Assembly (NCBI GenBank): GCA_951406725.2
Contig: OX597843.1
Location: forward strand, 14,260,001 to 14,324,000
DNA: 64,000 bases
Direction of reading: 5' to 3'
From: Octopus vulgaris
Taxonomy: Eukaryota
A program made the position numbers and the translations under genes. Numbering within the stretch: the stretch's first letter is position 1; every line of letters begins with the position of its first letter. The notes beneath the pieces are model-generated. The model was not told where the DNA came from. It worked only from the letters and a program-made list of their open reading frames with translations, and did not search any database. Below, one piece after another: positions 12,886 through 26,360 of the stretch.

Positions 12886-13131
12886 CAGGTGGCACGTAAA
12901 AAGCACCATCCGACCGTGGCCGATGCTAGCCTCGCCTGGCACCTGTGCAGGTGGCATGTAAAAAGCACCCACTACACTCACGGAGTGGTTGGTGTTAGGA
13001 AGAGCATCCAGCTGTAGAAACATTGCCAGATCAGACTGGAGCCTGGTGCAGCCTCCTGGCTTCCCAGACCCCAGTTGAACCGTCCAACCCATGCTAGCAT
13101 GGAGAACGGACGTTAAACGATGATGATGATG
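12886..13131 (+). mobile_element. RTE-like 3' end
   Basis: Family 3' UTR and (GAT)n tail. Other copies at ~8410, 13900, 17950, 18115 and 63305. Confidence 0.75.
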
Positions 13132-13531
13132 ACACAGCATTGCCCTTCTCCCTAGGCTTAGAACAATAAATTGAACATCAAAATTTTTATTGTTCAAATT
13201 ATAATTTATTTGATTTTAGATTAATATTTTTATGATGAATGTTTCATTGTATGGTATTCTCTGTGATTTTAAAAGTATTTGCTCTTACATATTATATGAC
13301 TGTAATAATCTTACTGTTCAATATTATAGATTATTAACATTTTAGATTATATTTTGTATGGTATATGTCCCACAGGATGGTCTTGGACGGATTCTTCATT
13401 GACTGAGTGGTGGAATGGTGGTTCGTCTCTAAATTAGTTATATACATATATTATATATTATGAAATTCGATATAATATTATTATACTGAATTTTACCTGT
13501 AAGGTTGGAATAATTTATTCCCTATTATTAT

Positions 13532-13584
<53 letters not shown>

Positions 13585-14487
13585 TGCATATATGGGCAAA
13601 AAACATCACCAATGGTGCAAATAACATGAAATATGTAAACAAGAAGAAAAAATTGGTAAACAGGACAGGTAAACAGGGCCCTTCATTGGTTGTCAGCTGT
13701 CTAGCTACTCCTCATTTCGAGCATTTAATGACAATATGAGTCTTCAAGACAGTTGCTCCCATAAGGTCTAAAATAAAATTTAAGGTTTATAGAGGGTCAA
13801 AGTTGGGAACAAAAACATGAGAGTGGAGACATACGAGGAAACCGAATGAAAACAAGCCTGGAGAGTCGTTAGACCAGAATGAGAGGAATATATATATTTG
13901 AGCATGATCGTTACCAAAGTCACCTTCTGGCACCTGTGCTCGTGGCATGTATAAAAGGATTTGAGCAAAGTCGTTGCCAGTACTGCCTGACTGGCGCCCA
14001 CTACACTCTCAGAGTGGTTGGCATTAGGAAGGGCATCCAGCTGTAGAAACTCTCTTAAAATCGTCCAACCCATGCTAGCATGGAAAGCGGACGTTAAACG
14101 ATGATGATGATGATGATGATGATTTGTGTGTGTTTGTGTTTTGTTGTCTTGACGACATTGTGCAACAGTTGTAAATGAGTGTCACTACTTTACAAGCAAT
14201 ATCGTTAATTTCCAGTATTCTGTGAGACATACCTGTTGTGGATGAATATTTACCTTGATTGGAAACAAGTTAAGAGTTGGTGACAGGAAGGTGACACCCA
14301 ACCACAGAAATACATCTGCTCCGACTAATTCTGTCCGATCATTGCCAGCATGGGAAAGTAGACCTTGAAATGATTGTGTGTATATTTATTTATTTCTCCT
14401 GCTAAACTTGTAGTTACCCTTTTTTTTTTTCCTTTCTTTTCAGATATCCAGAGTTTTGAGTGAAGAATTTACCATTTCCAGCCAGCA

Positions 14488-16353
14488 ATGCAGGAGTCTT
14501 TTACTCCGAACTTATTACCACCAGAATCGGTCGTCTGCGTCCTATCAGACGACAACAACTACAGCAAATGTTTCTACTGCCAGGAAAGATTCGGCAACAC
14601 AGCTGAACAGATTTGGCCAAACCCAAACACAAAACCATTCCACTGTCACGAGTGCGACATCAAATTCTACAAACTCGACCACTTTGTTGACCATTTCACT
14701 ACCCACAAAGTCCATGGCGAAGTCAGGCAGCCGTTCTTGTGCCCCACATGTAACAAAGGGTTTGAAAATATCATTGCATTTTCACAGCACGTTGCATCCC
14801 ACATGGAAGGTAAACTGTACGCCTGTCCTCACTGCGACGAATCGTTTGAATTCGAGAGCAACTTGATTGGTCACCAGGTGTTACATAACAAGAAGATTGA
14901 TGGCCTGATGAAGTGCGAATCGTGTGAGGCTCTCTTTCCAATTGAGAACTTTGTCGCTGACCGGCTGAATTCCAAGGAGTTGTACAGCTGTGAGATCTGT
15001 TTGCTGGACAACTTCTCTGACCTGCTGGAGTTGTGTTTGCACAGAGCAGTGCTTCATCCGAGCTATACGTACAGGTGTGCGCAGTGCAGGAAAATGAGTG
15101 TTAGCTCTCAGAAGCAAAATCCTGGGGGAAATGGCGGGACCCTATGTGAAGGGGACGTCGAGAGCCTATGCAATGGGGAAGACAACAGCGAGGTTAAGAA
15201 CCCCGAGGAACCGGGTGACTTGAGTGATAATGAAAACCTTTCACAAGCATTGAGCATTCTCGGTCAGCAGGCAGGTCATGAAAACGGGCGAGGGGCCATG
15301 CTGGAGTTGGGGGTTGTCTGTGAGAACACCACCAGTCATAGTAATAAAAATAACAAGAAGAAAAGAAAGCCCTCCGTTAGTAGCAGCAGTAACAATACAG
15401 CTGCTACTGTCATCACAAATAACAGCGGTGGTGGTGGTCATGTGGAGAGTCGTATGACGACAACAGTTGTTGATAAAGTTCTTGAAGAAGATGACGACGA
15501 CGACGACGAGAATAATGAGAATCATAATAATAGCAATGATGACAACAACAACATCATTGGTTGTGGGTCTCCGGAGGATGTCAAACCAAACATTGTTGAA
15601 CTGAATAAGGACCTGGAGATCTATGCAACCAACAACAGCAGCAGCAACAACAACAGTGTTGCAGCTGCTTGCATGGATATTGTGCAACATTTCAGCGCAT
15701 CGGACAAAGTTAATGGTGATGGCTTAATGTCGCCGGGATCGGGTGGAGGTGAGCTGGACGGGTGCGTGACGGTGAATATGAACCTAGGGGGCAGCATTAG
15801 TAGTATTGTTGAAATGAATCAATTCTCTGAGTTGTTTGGGGGTCAATCGAGCGAAGACAAGGCAACCCGAGGGTCGTCAAGCAACAACAACAACAACGTC
15901 ATTAGCAGCATTAATTCCTCTTCAGTTTCTACCTCGTCTTCCTCCATCATCACTATCGCCACTGGACACAATCACACATCAAACGAACGGCAATCGGGCT
16001 CAGGGGTCTACAGGAAAAAATCTACCCTCGGCCCCGGTGGTGCAACCCTGGCATCGTCAACGTCCTTGACGAAGGGCGTGGCCACCAAGCGCAATGCCAG
16101 CACGCTTCCTCACATCATGGATGGTCCACTACACAACACAATGTATACAACAGACTCGCAACAGCAGCAGCAGCAGTCATCTGTGGTGGACGGAACCGAA
16201 GACAACCGTCCTTTTCCTGTACTCTGTATGAGAGTACCACCCACGGTCAGCAATGACCAGTCGTCAGAGCTTGGGTCCAGTATATTGGTCAGTGACAGCC
16301 AGTGTACATATAAGATTGGTTCCATGGCAACAGAGTCCAGATCTGTGAATAAG
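14488..16353 (+). CDS. C2H2 zinc finger / BEN domain protein, coding exon 1 (622 codons; zinc fingers plus long low-complexity region)
   Basis: Acceptor TTTCTTTTCAG at 14443, in-frame TGA at 14461, ATG at 14488. Fingers CHEC..HFTTH, CPTC..HVASH, CPHC..HQVLH and CEIC..HRAVLH, plus extra CxxC motifs. Donor AAG|GTGTGT, phase 0. Confidence 0.92.
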
Positions 16354-16369
16354 GTGTGTACGAAGTACA

Positions 16370-16421
<52 letters not shown>

Positions 16422-16469
16422 CACCTGTACTTAATGTTGTGAATATACACACACGCATACACCATCCTC

Positions 16470-17650
16470 GTCACTCAACGTCCGTTCTCCCTGCTGGCAT
16501 GGGTTGGATGATTTGATTGGAGTTTGTAAAGCCAGGAACTGTCACCAGGTTCCTTTGTTTGTTCTGGCAGGGTTTCTACAGCTGGATGCCCTTCCCAATG
16601 CCACCCACTTAACAGAGTGTGCTGGGTGCTATCTATGTGGCACCATCACCAGCATCAATTCTGCAGTCGGGGGAGACAGGTCTTCTTGGGTGTAGGAAGG
16701 CACCAGGGATCTCGGTCTTTCTCCTCTCCTTAAATGCCTTCCCAGTGTTTTAAGATTCACTTTCAACACTTCATCTAATGCCTTCTTGGGTTTTCCTCTC
16801 CCACATTTTCCATCCACCCTAAGTGATCAGCCCCTTCTTTACCCAGCTGTCCCCACCCATCCGCATCACATGACCAAACCAGCACAGCCTTCTCTTTTGC
16901 ACACTGCATCTAATTCCTCTTATGCCCAGCTTTTCCCTCAATATACCCCAGCATTGTCACACATGTACACTGACACGGTACACCCAGCAGAGCATACTAG
17001 CTTTTTTCCAGCTCAAAGGCTGGAAGTCTTCGACAATGACTGCCTCCGGAGCATTCTTCGCTGCCGTCGGGTGGATCGAGTTCCCACCACCAATCTCCGA
17101 CTTCGCCTGTCTCTGCGGCCCCTTCCATCTGTCCTTCTGCAACGGCGCTTGCGGTGGTTTGGCCATGCATGTAGGCGTCTGGTGGGTGAACTGAGCCGTG
17201 ATGTCCTTCTCCCAACTCCACTTCCCAACTGGCGGAAACGTGCGGGCAGGCAGCTGAAGACCTGGGTTACGACGATCAAGGAGGACCTCTCCGTGTTCAC
17301 GGGTCCGAAGGTAGTCGGCCTGTGCCGATGGAACCATGACTGGCTCGCTATCTCCAGTGAACTGGGGCAGGACCGTCGTGCGTGGGCTGCCATGGTTCGA
17401 GATGCCTCGAGGGTGGTGGAAGAAGCTGACTCAACCCACCCAGGGTGAATGTTGCTACAAGTATACTAGCTTCATTCCTCTCTAACTTTCACATGTGTTT
17501 TGCATTCATTGCCCATGTTTCACAACCATGTTGCATTGCTGTTTGTCTACATGTATCATACAATTTCCCTTTCACTCCAAGAAAGAGACCTTTGGTTGCC
17601 AACAGAGGGAAAAGCTCTCTGAATTTTCTCCATCCTGTTCGTATTCTAGT
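16470..17650 (-). mobile_element. RTE-like LINE 3' fragment, split by a nested LINE insertion
   Basis: RIRTGWRKFRELFPLL...GCETWAM and ASMLCW...WFGHV fragments either side of 17004-17462. Confidence 0.75.
17004..17462 (+). mobile_element. 5'-truncated GC-rich RTE-clade LINE of a second family
   Basis: Open frame RLEVFDNDCLRSIL...QRRLRWFGHACRR...DRRAWAAMVRDA...STHPG*; 10-bp TSD ATACTAGCTT (16994-17003 and 17463-17472). Confidence 0.85.
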
Positions 17651-19077
17651 GACACACACACACACACACACATATATAATCACATACACATGTGTACACA
17701 ATATGCTGCAGGTGTTGTAAGAAGTTTGTGATTCCAGGTTCAATCCCACTGAGTGGCACCTGGGGTGTCTTCTTAGCCCCAGGCTGATCCAGAGATAGCA
17801 AGTGGATTTTGTAGAAGAAAACTGAAAGAAGCCCATCATGTGTGTGTATGATATAAACACATGTTTATGTCCCTTCACTTATATACACCTCGTATGTGGC
17901 CATGCTGGGGCACCACCTTGAGGAACCTTTAGTTGAATGAATTCACTGCATCATCATCATCGTTTAACATTTGTTTTCTATGTTGGCATGGGTTGGACGG
18001 TTTGACAGGAGCTGTCCAGACCCCAGTTGTTTGATGTAGCAAGGTTTTTATGGCTGGATGCCCTTCCTAACGCCAACCAATTTACAGATTTTGCTGGGTG
18101 CTTTTTTACGTGGATTCGAGCGAGGATATTGCCAGTACTGCCTGACTGGCCCCCGTGCTGGTGGCACATAAAAGCACCCACTACACTCTCGGAGTGGTTG
18201 GCGTTAGGAAGGGCATCCAGCTGTAGAAACTCTGCCAGATCAAGATTGGGGCCTGGTGCAGTCGTCTGGTTCGCCAGACCTCAGTCAAAATCGTCCAACC
18301 CATGCTAGCATGGAAAGCGGACGTTAAACGATGATGATGATGATGATTGGCCCAGGTGAATATATGCAGCAGTGACACGAGTGCATCTTATGTGGCACCT
18401 GTGCCTCTATGTGTGGATGACAGCGATTTTACTCAGCTTGGCTCATCTTCTCAAGTACAGCAAATAACCACAACCCCTGACCCCTTGTTATTTCCTCAGC
18501 GTGGCCCAGCATCTGAAAATCCTTTCTCACCACTTCATCCCACCTCTTTTCAGGTTTACCCTTTCCACAACTTCCCTCCACAATTAAAACCTGTCACTTC
18601 TTTATGCAGCTATCCTCATTAATATGCATATTCTCCATTTTATTTTTAAAGTCTGGTGCTAATTCTATTGGTCCCTTTTGCTGAACCACTAAGTTATGGG
18701 GATGTAAACACACATACCCCCACAAACAAACACATTTATGCACAACAGGCTTCTTTCAGTTTCCGTCTACCAAATCCACTCACAAGAGTTTGGTTGGCCT
18801 GAGGCTATAGTAGAAGATATTTGCCTGAAGTGCCATGCAATGGGACTGAACCCAGAGTCATGTGCTTTGGAAGCAAACTTCTTACCACACAGCCACAACC
18901 ACAAAAAAATATGTAAAAATACTTTGACCACAAAATCCACTTACAAATAAATAAATCCATCCATCCGTCCATCTGTCCGTTTGTCTGTCTGTCTATCTGT
19001 CCATTTCTATCTATCTATCTGTCTGTCTATCTCTCTATCTCTCTATCTATCTGTCTGTCTGTCTTTCTGTCTGTCTG

Positions 19078-19138
<61 letters not shown>

Positions 19139-19480
19139 CTCTCTACCTCTCTCTCCTGTTGACATAAGAAATTTATAAACTTTTCAGAGATCATCATTTC
19201 TTGTTTTGGAATAGTGGATCTTGAAACACACACATAAAGCTACAAGTGATAACATGCAAAATATATTGGGCTGGAAAACCCATTTTTGATAGAAAAACTT
19301 AAAGGCTGCCCTCAACTTGTTTACCAAAGAATTTTCCAACCTAATATTTTCCTGTTATTATTTATAGCTTTTGGTGTTGTTCCTAAACACATTATTTCCA
19401 AAGTATATCTGTGTGCGTGTGCACATATATATTTGTATGTGTGTGGTGCTGTGTTTATATGTGTGTGTGTATATATATAT

Positions 19481-19677
19481 AGTGGAAGAAATAGCTAAAT
19501 TCTTTGGCTGCTATTTCTAAAAGTTCAGTATGTGGTAAAGCAAATTTTTTTGCTGAACCCTAATTATATAAAGTAATGTTTAAGTTTACCATAAATGGTC
19601 CTTTTACATACTTAACACTGCTTGGTAAAATTATTAATTACTAATTAGTTAATTAATTTTACCCTTTATTATTATTG
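19481..19677. mobile_element. ~195-bp (TA)n-embedded repeat; copies at 48597-48790 (inverted) and 51135-51385 (with fold-back)
   Basis: Near-identical dispersed copies, always flanked by (TA)n; class not established (Penelope-like end is a guess). Confidence 0.65.
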
Positions 19678-19686
19678 ATATATATG

Positions 19687-19725
<39 letters not shown>

Positions 19726-19855
19726 TCCTGTTTTATGTGTGTGTGTGTGTACTTAGATATATTTGCATATGTGTACCTATCTGCATCATGTGTGTATGTG
19801 TGTAATGTTCTAAGGGTGTTGGTCTCCAAACTGAACCTGTTTAATATCCTTACAG

Positions 19856-20165
19856 AATTCCTCAAGGTCTTCAGGGCCCAGTTCCGAGAAGCGGTCACGC
19901 ACCTCTGCAAGATTGTCGTCCAACAGCCACCATGACTACCAGCTAGTGTCCAGCACTGCTGGTAACCCCACCTACACATCTGGCCAGACATCAGTGCGGA
20001 ACGGGCGTGGCCCAGCATCAGCAAACACACAACGCCGGTGCCATGAGTGTGACATTTGGAAGAAGATGACAACAGAGACAGTGAGTCGGTTGGCGACGAA
20101 GGAGGCTGACTGCGAGATGCACGTCAACCGCATCCTACAGCTGGAACAACAACTGAAGGAATCAG
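19856..20165 (+). CDS. ZnF-BEN protein coding exon 2 (CxxC plus coiled coil)
   Basis: Acceptor CCTTACAG, reads NSSRSSGP...CHECDIWKKM...RILQLEQQLKES in phase 0; donor CAG|GTGAGT, phase 1. Confidence 0.88.
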
Positions 20166-20211
20166 GTGAGTGGGAGGGGACAAAGCCATTCCACTTGTGA
20201 CCATCACATAT

Positions 20212-21478
20212 ATGGCTGCTGTTGCTACCAAGTCTAGCTACCATGTAGAGGTCTCCCTCATTGGCTCATACATACATATATACATACATAAGAGAGTAGG
20301 GTGTGATTTGAGGGAGATTTGGCTGTTATTTCTACCAGGTCTAGCTACCATGTAGAGGTCTCCCTCATTGGCTCATACATACATATATACATACATAAGA
20401 GAGTAGGGTGTGATTTGAGGGAGATTTGGCTGCTATTTCTACCAGGCCTAGCTACCATGTAGAGGTCTCCCTCATTGGCTCATACATACATAAGACAGTA
20501 GGGTGTGATTTGAGGGAGATTTGGCTGCTATTTCTACCAGGTCTAGCTACCATGTAGAGGTCTCCCTCATTGGCTCATACATACATATATACATACATAA
20601 GAGAGTAGGGTGTGATTTGAGGGAGATTTGGCTGCTATTTCTAGCAGGTCTAGCTACCATGTAGAGGTCTCCCTCATTGGCTCATACATACATATATACA
20701 TACATAAGAGAGTAGGGTGTGATTTGAGGGAGATTTGGCTGCTATTTCTACCAGGTCTAGCTACCATGTAGAGGTCTCCCTCATTGGCTCATACATACAT
20801 ATATACATACATAAGAGAGTAGGGTGTGATTTGAGGGAGATTTGGCTGCTATTTCTAGCAGGTCTAGCTACCATGTAGAGGTCTCCCTCATTGGCTCATA
20901 CATACAATTATACATACATAAGAGAGTAGGGTGTGATTTGAGGGAGATTTGGCTGTTATTTCTAGCAGGTCTAGCTACCATGTAGATGTCTCCCTCATTG
21001 GCTCATACATACATAAGAGAGTAGGGTGTGATTTGAGGGAGATTTGGCTGCTATTTCTAGCAGGTCTAGCTACCATGTAGAGGTCTCTCATTGGCTCATA
21101 CATACATATATACATACATAAGAGAGTAGGGTGTGATTTGAGGGAGATTTGGCGGTTATTTCTAGCAGGTCTAGCTACCATGTAGAGGTCTCCCTCATTG
21201 GCTCATACATACAATTATACATACATAAGAGAGTAGGGTGTGATTTGAGGGAGATTTGGCTGCTATTTCTAGCAGGTCTAGCTACCATGTAGAGGTCTCC
21301 CTCATTGGCTCATACATAAGAGAGTAGGTTGTTGTATAAGGGAGATTTGGCTGTTATTTGTAGCAAGTCTAGCTACCATGTAGAGGTCTCCCTCATTGGC
21401 TCATACATACATATATACATACATAAGAGAGTAGGGTGTGATTTGAGGGAGATTTGGCTGCTATTTCTACCAGGTCTA
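20212..21478. repeat. Minisatellite, ~107-bp unit, ~12 copies
   Basis: Unit CTAGCTACCATGTAGAGGTCTCCCTCATTGGCTCATAC...GTGTGATTTGAGGGAGATTTGGCTGCTATTTCTA; unit length varies in the (TACA)n part. Confidence 0.95.
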
Positions 21479-21874
21479 ATAAGTTGATCTTCAATTTTGA
21501 TGGTGTTTTTGTCTCTAATAAGGGTCTACTCCTGCTCCTTCTGTTGCCCTTTTTCCATCTCAGAATTGGCAGATGGCTTGAAGGTTAAAAACTGGTTGAA
21601 TTAGGTTCTCAACTCTACAACTGTTGAGGAATATTAAATTGTTCAACAGCACCTTCCTTTATTATCATTATATTGTCATTGGCTGCTATTTCTATCTTTG
21701 TATCTCCACCATCAGCATCATTGTCATCATTATCATCATCAACCTCTACCTCTACCCCACACCACTGCCCTGTATCACTTCAGCCTTCAAAGCTTCCATT
21801 CTTCTTGAAATCTGCCAAAAAAACAAATCATGCTCCACCATTTATTCTTCTTCCTTCTTTTTCTCTAAGACTTA

Positions 21875-22410
21875 TTCACTGTTCACTCTCTGTTCATTAT
21901 TCACTCCCCATTCATTGTTCTAATCACTGTTCACTCTCTGTTCATTATTCACTCCCTGTTCATTGTTCTAATCACTGTTCACTCTCTGTTCATTATTCAC
22001 TCCCCATTCATTGTTCGAATCACTGTTCACTCTCTGTTCATTGTTCTATTCACTGTTCCCCCCCTGTACATTATTCTGTCCTCTGTTCACTTCCTGTGCC
22101 TGATTCTATTCTCTGTTCACTTCCTGTGCCTTATTCTGTTCACTGTTCACCCCCTGTACATTATTCTGTTCACTGTTCACCCCTGTACATTATTCTGTTC
22201 ACTGTTCACCCCTGTACATTATTCTGTTCACTGTTCACCCCCTGTGCCTTATTCTGTCCTCTGTTCACCCCTTGTGCCTTATTCTGTTCACTGTTCACCC
22301 CCTGTACATTATTCTGTTCACTGTTCACCCCCTGTGCCTTATTCTGTCCTCTGTTCACCCCCTGTGCCTTATTCTGTCCTGTTCACCCCCCTGTGCCTTA
22401 TTCTGTTTGC
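21875..22410. repeat. Minisatellite, 48-bp units grading into ~30-bp units (CACTGTTCACCCCCTGTACATTATTCTGTT)
   Basis: Direct inspection. Confidence 0.9.
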
Positions 22411-23042
22411 TGTTCCAACAGTTTTGGTTGCTTTTTTCTGATGACTTCTAGTGTACCCAACCGCTGTATACAGTAAGTTCATTATATATCTCACCTGTAT
22501 TCACACCTGCTTCCACTGTACCTTGAGGGGATGTCCTGATACATCTCCACCACCATCTCTCTCTCTCTCCATCCCTTTCTCACTAAATCTCTCTTTCTCT
22601 CCTTCTCCAACCCAGCGTATCTTTCTATCTCTTCTACAGCTAGACTCCCATCTCTGTCCCTCTGTTATTCTTTTAATCTCTCATCAACTGGCACACGACC
22701 CTCAATCCTCCTCTCCCCCTCGAGGGGGACTGTGTCTTGTCTTGCAAGGGACATGGTGACCCTACTGGTGCTGGTGCCATGCACGCTATTAAGAGGTTGG
22801 CATTAGGAAGAGCATCCAGCTTTGAAAGCCAAGGCAACAGAGCTGGGCACAGCCCTCTTGCTTTGCAGCTCATCATACCATCCAACCCATGCCAACGGAC
22901 ATTAAGTAATCATCACCACTCATCATCATCATCATCACCATCATCTTTGTCGTCATCATCATCACTATCATCATCATCATTGTTTGTAATATATTAATTT
23001 TTATTGGTTATGTGTTTTTTTTTTGGTTTATTTTGTTTGTAG

Positions 23043-23218
23043 CGTCGCAAGTGTCATCGTTGACGGAGGCGGTGCACACTCGGTCGAGCGACTGCCAACA
23101 GTACATGCAGCGGATCAAACAGCTGGAGCAGCAACTGCTGCACCTGCTGCAGCAAGACAATCCACAGCAGAATCAACAGAAAATACTGCAACAGATACAG
23201 CACCAAGTGCAGCAACAA

Positions 23219-23250
<32 letters not shown>

Positions 23251-23309
23251 ACAACACAACTCCCTGTTACGCCAGACTGCACCTGATGTCACCATTGCAA
23301 GTCACTCAG
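23043..23309 (+). CDS. ZnF-BEN protein coding exon 3 (coiled coil plus poly-Q)
   Basis: Acceptor TTTGTTTGTAG, phase 1 gives ASQVSSLTEAV...RIKQLEQQL...poly-Q...; donor CAG|GTGCGA, phase 1. Confidence 0.85.
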
Positions 23310-23403
23310 GTGCGAAATCTGCTTTCGGATCTCCAGTCCGATTAATCCCTTTTCTTACCAAATTTTTATCGAAATGCTTTGCCTTTTGTTTCATTAATTC
23401 AGA

Positions 23404-23835
23404 ATAATAATAATAATAATAATGAAATTATTGTATACAGTGCTCAGGTGCACCACAACTTGTCAAAAGTGTGTATAAAGTATATGCAGTAATGTAGAAA
23501 TGTCTGGAAAGCGATGAGCAGACATGTTTGCTTGGTATGGAGGGATATGAGTCAGATACATGTTTGCTTGTGTATGGAGGGGAGAAAATCAGGTGTAGTG
23601 TTGGCAAATCTCAGGAAGCATGGAAGTTTTGACAGGATGCAGTGCTCCGACAACTAACAACTGATGCTCGGCAATTTGTTCCATGCTTCAGCAACGCACG
23701 CATCTTAGCATGTTTCCTGAAGTCATGGGAGCTGTGCTGTTTTCTGACTTTGTAAACATGTCCATGGGTGTTAGACGGGTGGAGTTTGAAAGGTGCTCAG
23801 AGTTATTGTTTGTAAGATGAAGAAACTGCTAATTG
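23404..23835 (-). mobile_element. CR1/L2-like LINE 3' end
   Basis: Minus strand contains an RVAEAWNKLP-like RT C-terminal relic and ends in a (TTA)n tail. Confidence 0.55.
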
Positions 23836-24589
23836 CTAAATTGGTAGTATGGCTGTTGGGTAGGAAGCTTGGTTCCAGGTTTAGTTTCTCTGTGTGGCAC
23901 TTTGGGCCGACCAAAGCCTTGTGGGTGGATTTGGTAGACAAAAACTGAAAGAAGCCCATGGTATGTGTGTGTGTGTGTGTTTGTGCTTGTGTTTGTCCCT
24001 CACCACTGCTTGACAACCGGTGTTGGTACATTTACATCCCTGTAACTTAGTGGTTCGGCAAAAGAGACTGATAGAATAAGAGCCAGGCTTAAAAATGAAA
24101 TAAGTCCGGGAATCAATTCACTCGACTAAAAATGCTACAGGGTGGTGCCCCAGCATGGCCGCAGTCCAGTGACTGAAACAAGTTGAAAATAAGAAATCAG
24201 AGAAAATGCTCAACAGCATTTGTTTTGGCTGTCTATGTTCTGAGTTCAAATCCCACCAAGGTCAACTTTGCCTTTTTTCTTTTTTGAGGTTAATGGAATA
24301 AGAACAAGTTGAGCATTTGGGGGTCAATATAACGAAAACCCCCAACTCCTCCAATATTTCAAGCCTTGTACCTATAGTAAATTATTATTATTATTATTAA
24401 GGTGGTGAGCTGGCAGACTTGTTAGCATGCTGGATGAAAGGGTTAGTTGTACTTTGTCTCTCCTGACGTTCTAAGTTCAAATTCTGCCAAGCTCGACTTT
24501 GCCTCTCACCCTTTCGGGGGCCAAAAAAATTAAGTACTAATCGACTATCGCTCCCCCAAATTTCAGGCCTTGTGCCTATAGTAGAAAGG

Positions 24590-24630
<41 letters not shown>

Positions 24631-24900
24631 GGCAGTGAGGTGGCAGAATCGTTAGCATGCTTTGATGAAAGGGTTAGTGGTATTTCGTCCATCCTGACAT
24701 TCCAAGTTCAAATTCCGCTGAGGTCAACTTTGCCTTTCTTCCTTTTGGTGGGGTCAATGAATTAGCATATCGGAGAAAATACTTGTTGGTGTATCATCTG
24801 GCTCTTTGTGTTTTGAGTTCAAATCCCATCAAGATCAGCTTTGCATTTTATTCTTTCAGGGTTCTTGTTAATAATGCCCTGGACTTGCTGAACAAACTCG

Positions 24901-25678
24901 GGATCTTTTCGGTTTGAACGGCAGTTTTTTCTAGCGGTGTCATATGAAATTGTCACCCATAATTATGACCCTAGTATCGATCTATTGCATTTCAATCTAT
25001 TTTAGGGTTAGAGGTGGGAGGAAGAGTATCTTTTTTCTTCATCATCATCATCATCATCGTTTAGCGTCCGTTTTCCATGCTAGCATGGGTTGGACGGTTC
25101 TACTGGGGTCTGTGAAGCCAGAAGGCTTCATCAGGCCCAGTCAAATCTGGCAGTGTTTCTACGGCTAGATGCCCTTCCTAACGCCAACCACTCCAAGAGT
25201 GTAGTGGGTGCTTTTTACGTGCCACCCGCACAGGTGCCAGACAGAGCTGGCAAACGGCCACGAACGGATGGTGCTTTTTATGTGCCACCGGCATGAGGGC
25301 CAGGCGAGGCTGCCAACGGACACGAAACGGGGTGGTGCTGGCAACGGTCGCGAAACGGAAGGTTCTCTTACATGCCACCGGCACTGGTAATACATCTGTA
25401 ATTTCCATTGATCGATTTCGATTCAAATAAACCCAATCTGTTTCTTAAATGAAGGACATATTCATACAGCACAGAATGTTTTTTACCTCAATAGACGTCA
25501 TTGATTGGTTGAAATTGCAGAAATTGAAGAAAAACAACAACAAATATCTTACAAACTATAGAATTTTCTCAAGAGAAAAAGATGTTTTATAAACACATTC
25601 TACCAGTATACGAAGTTTAAAAGTGTTTAGTTACGTGGAAATTATTTGAAAAAACTGCCAGTCAAACTGAAAAGATCC
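24901..25678. mobile_element. Same MITE family, interrupted by an RTE-like 3'-end insertion (~25040-25424)
   Basis: TIRs at both ends; 8-bp TSD CAAACTCG (hAT-like length). Confidence 0.85.
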
Positions 25679-25994
25679 CAAACTCGACTTTTCTGACTGT
25701 CAAGAAAGTCTTATCTTTCAGCCACGGGAGACATATTCTTGCCAGAGTCCAGGAGCTCTTTTCTGGTCTTAAACACGAGGGACCTGGTGACATTTAAGAT
25801 GATTAAAACCTCAGAGTCCCAGTGGTTGATGGTTAAGGTGACAAGAGTAGCGTCCCTTCTCATCGCCTGCATCAGATGAGAAGCTGACACGTTGAGGGCT
25901 GAGGAAAAGAGAGAAGACATTTAGGTTGTGTCATTTATGGGTGTTAAAAGTTTTGTTTGCTTTGCTGACACACCTTGCATGGCTGTGTGTGCAT

Positions 25995-26338
25995 ATCGGG
26001 ACCCCCTTCGGTCATGACACTGACCATGGGATTGCACCTAGAAAGTCACTCTCCCAGGCACAAGTCTGGGCAAGGTGGTTTATGGAAGACCAGCAGTCGC
26101 CCATGCATACCAGCCTCCCCTTCTCCATGCCACCAGTGTTATCCAAGGGAAAGGCAAAGGGGCCGATACAGCTTGGTACCTGTGACGTCGCAACTCATTT
26201 CTTCAGCTGAGTGAACTGGAGCAACGTGAAATAAAGTGTCTTGCTCAAGAACACAACACGCAGCCCAGTCCAGGATTCAAGCTCACAACCTCACGGTCGT
26301 AAGCTCGACGCTCTAACCACTGAGCCATGCGCCTTCAC
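25995..26338 (-). mobile_element. SINE family B
   Basis: Reverse complement of 28310-28650. Confidence 0.82.
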
Positions 26339-26360
26339 TGTGTGTGTGCATATATTTATA

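Noticed and set aside
16354-16434. His-Thr-repeat C-terminus of the 648-aa ORF
   Set aside because: Read-through into an intronic (CA)n tract after the donor at 16353.
20212-21478. CRISPR-like array
   Set aside because: Whole units repeat with no unique spacers; it is a minisatellite.
21673-22476. 267-aa Cys/His-rich ORF
   Set aside because: Translation of the 48/30-bp minisatellite; no splice phase fit with the gene.
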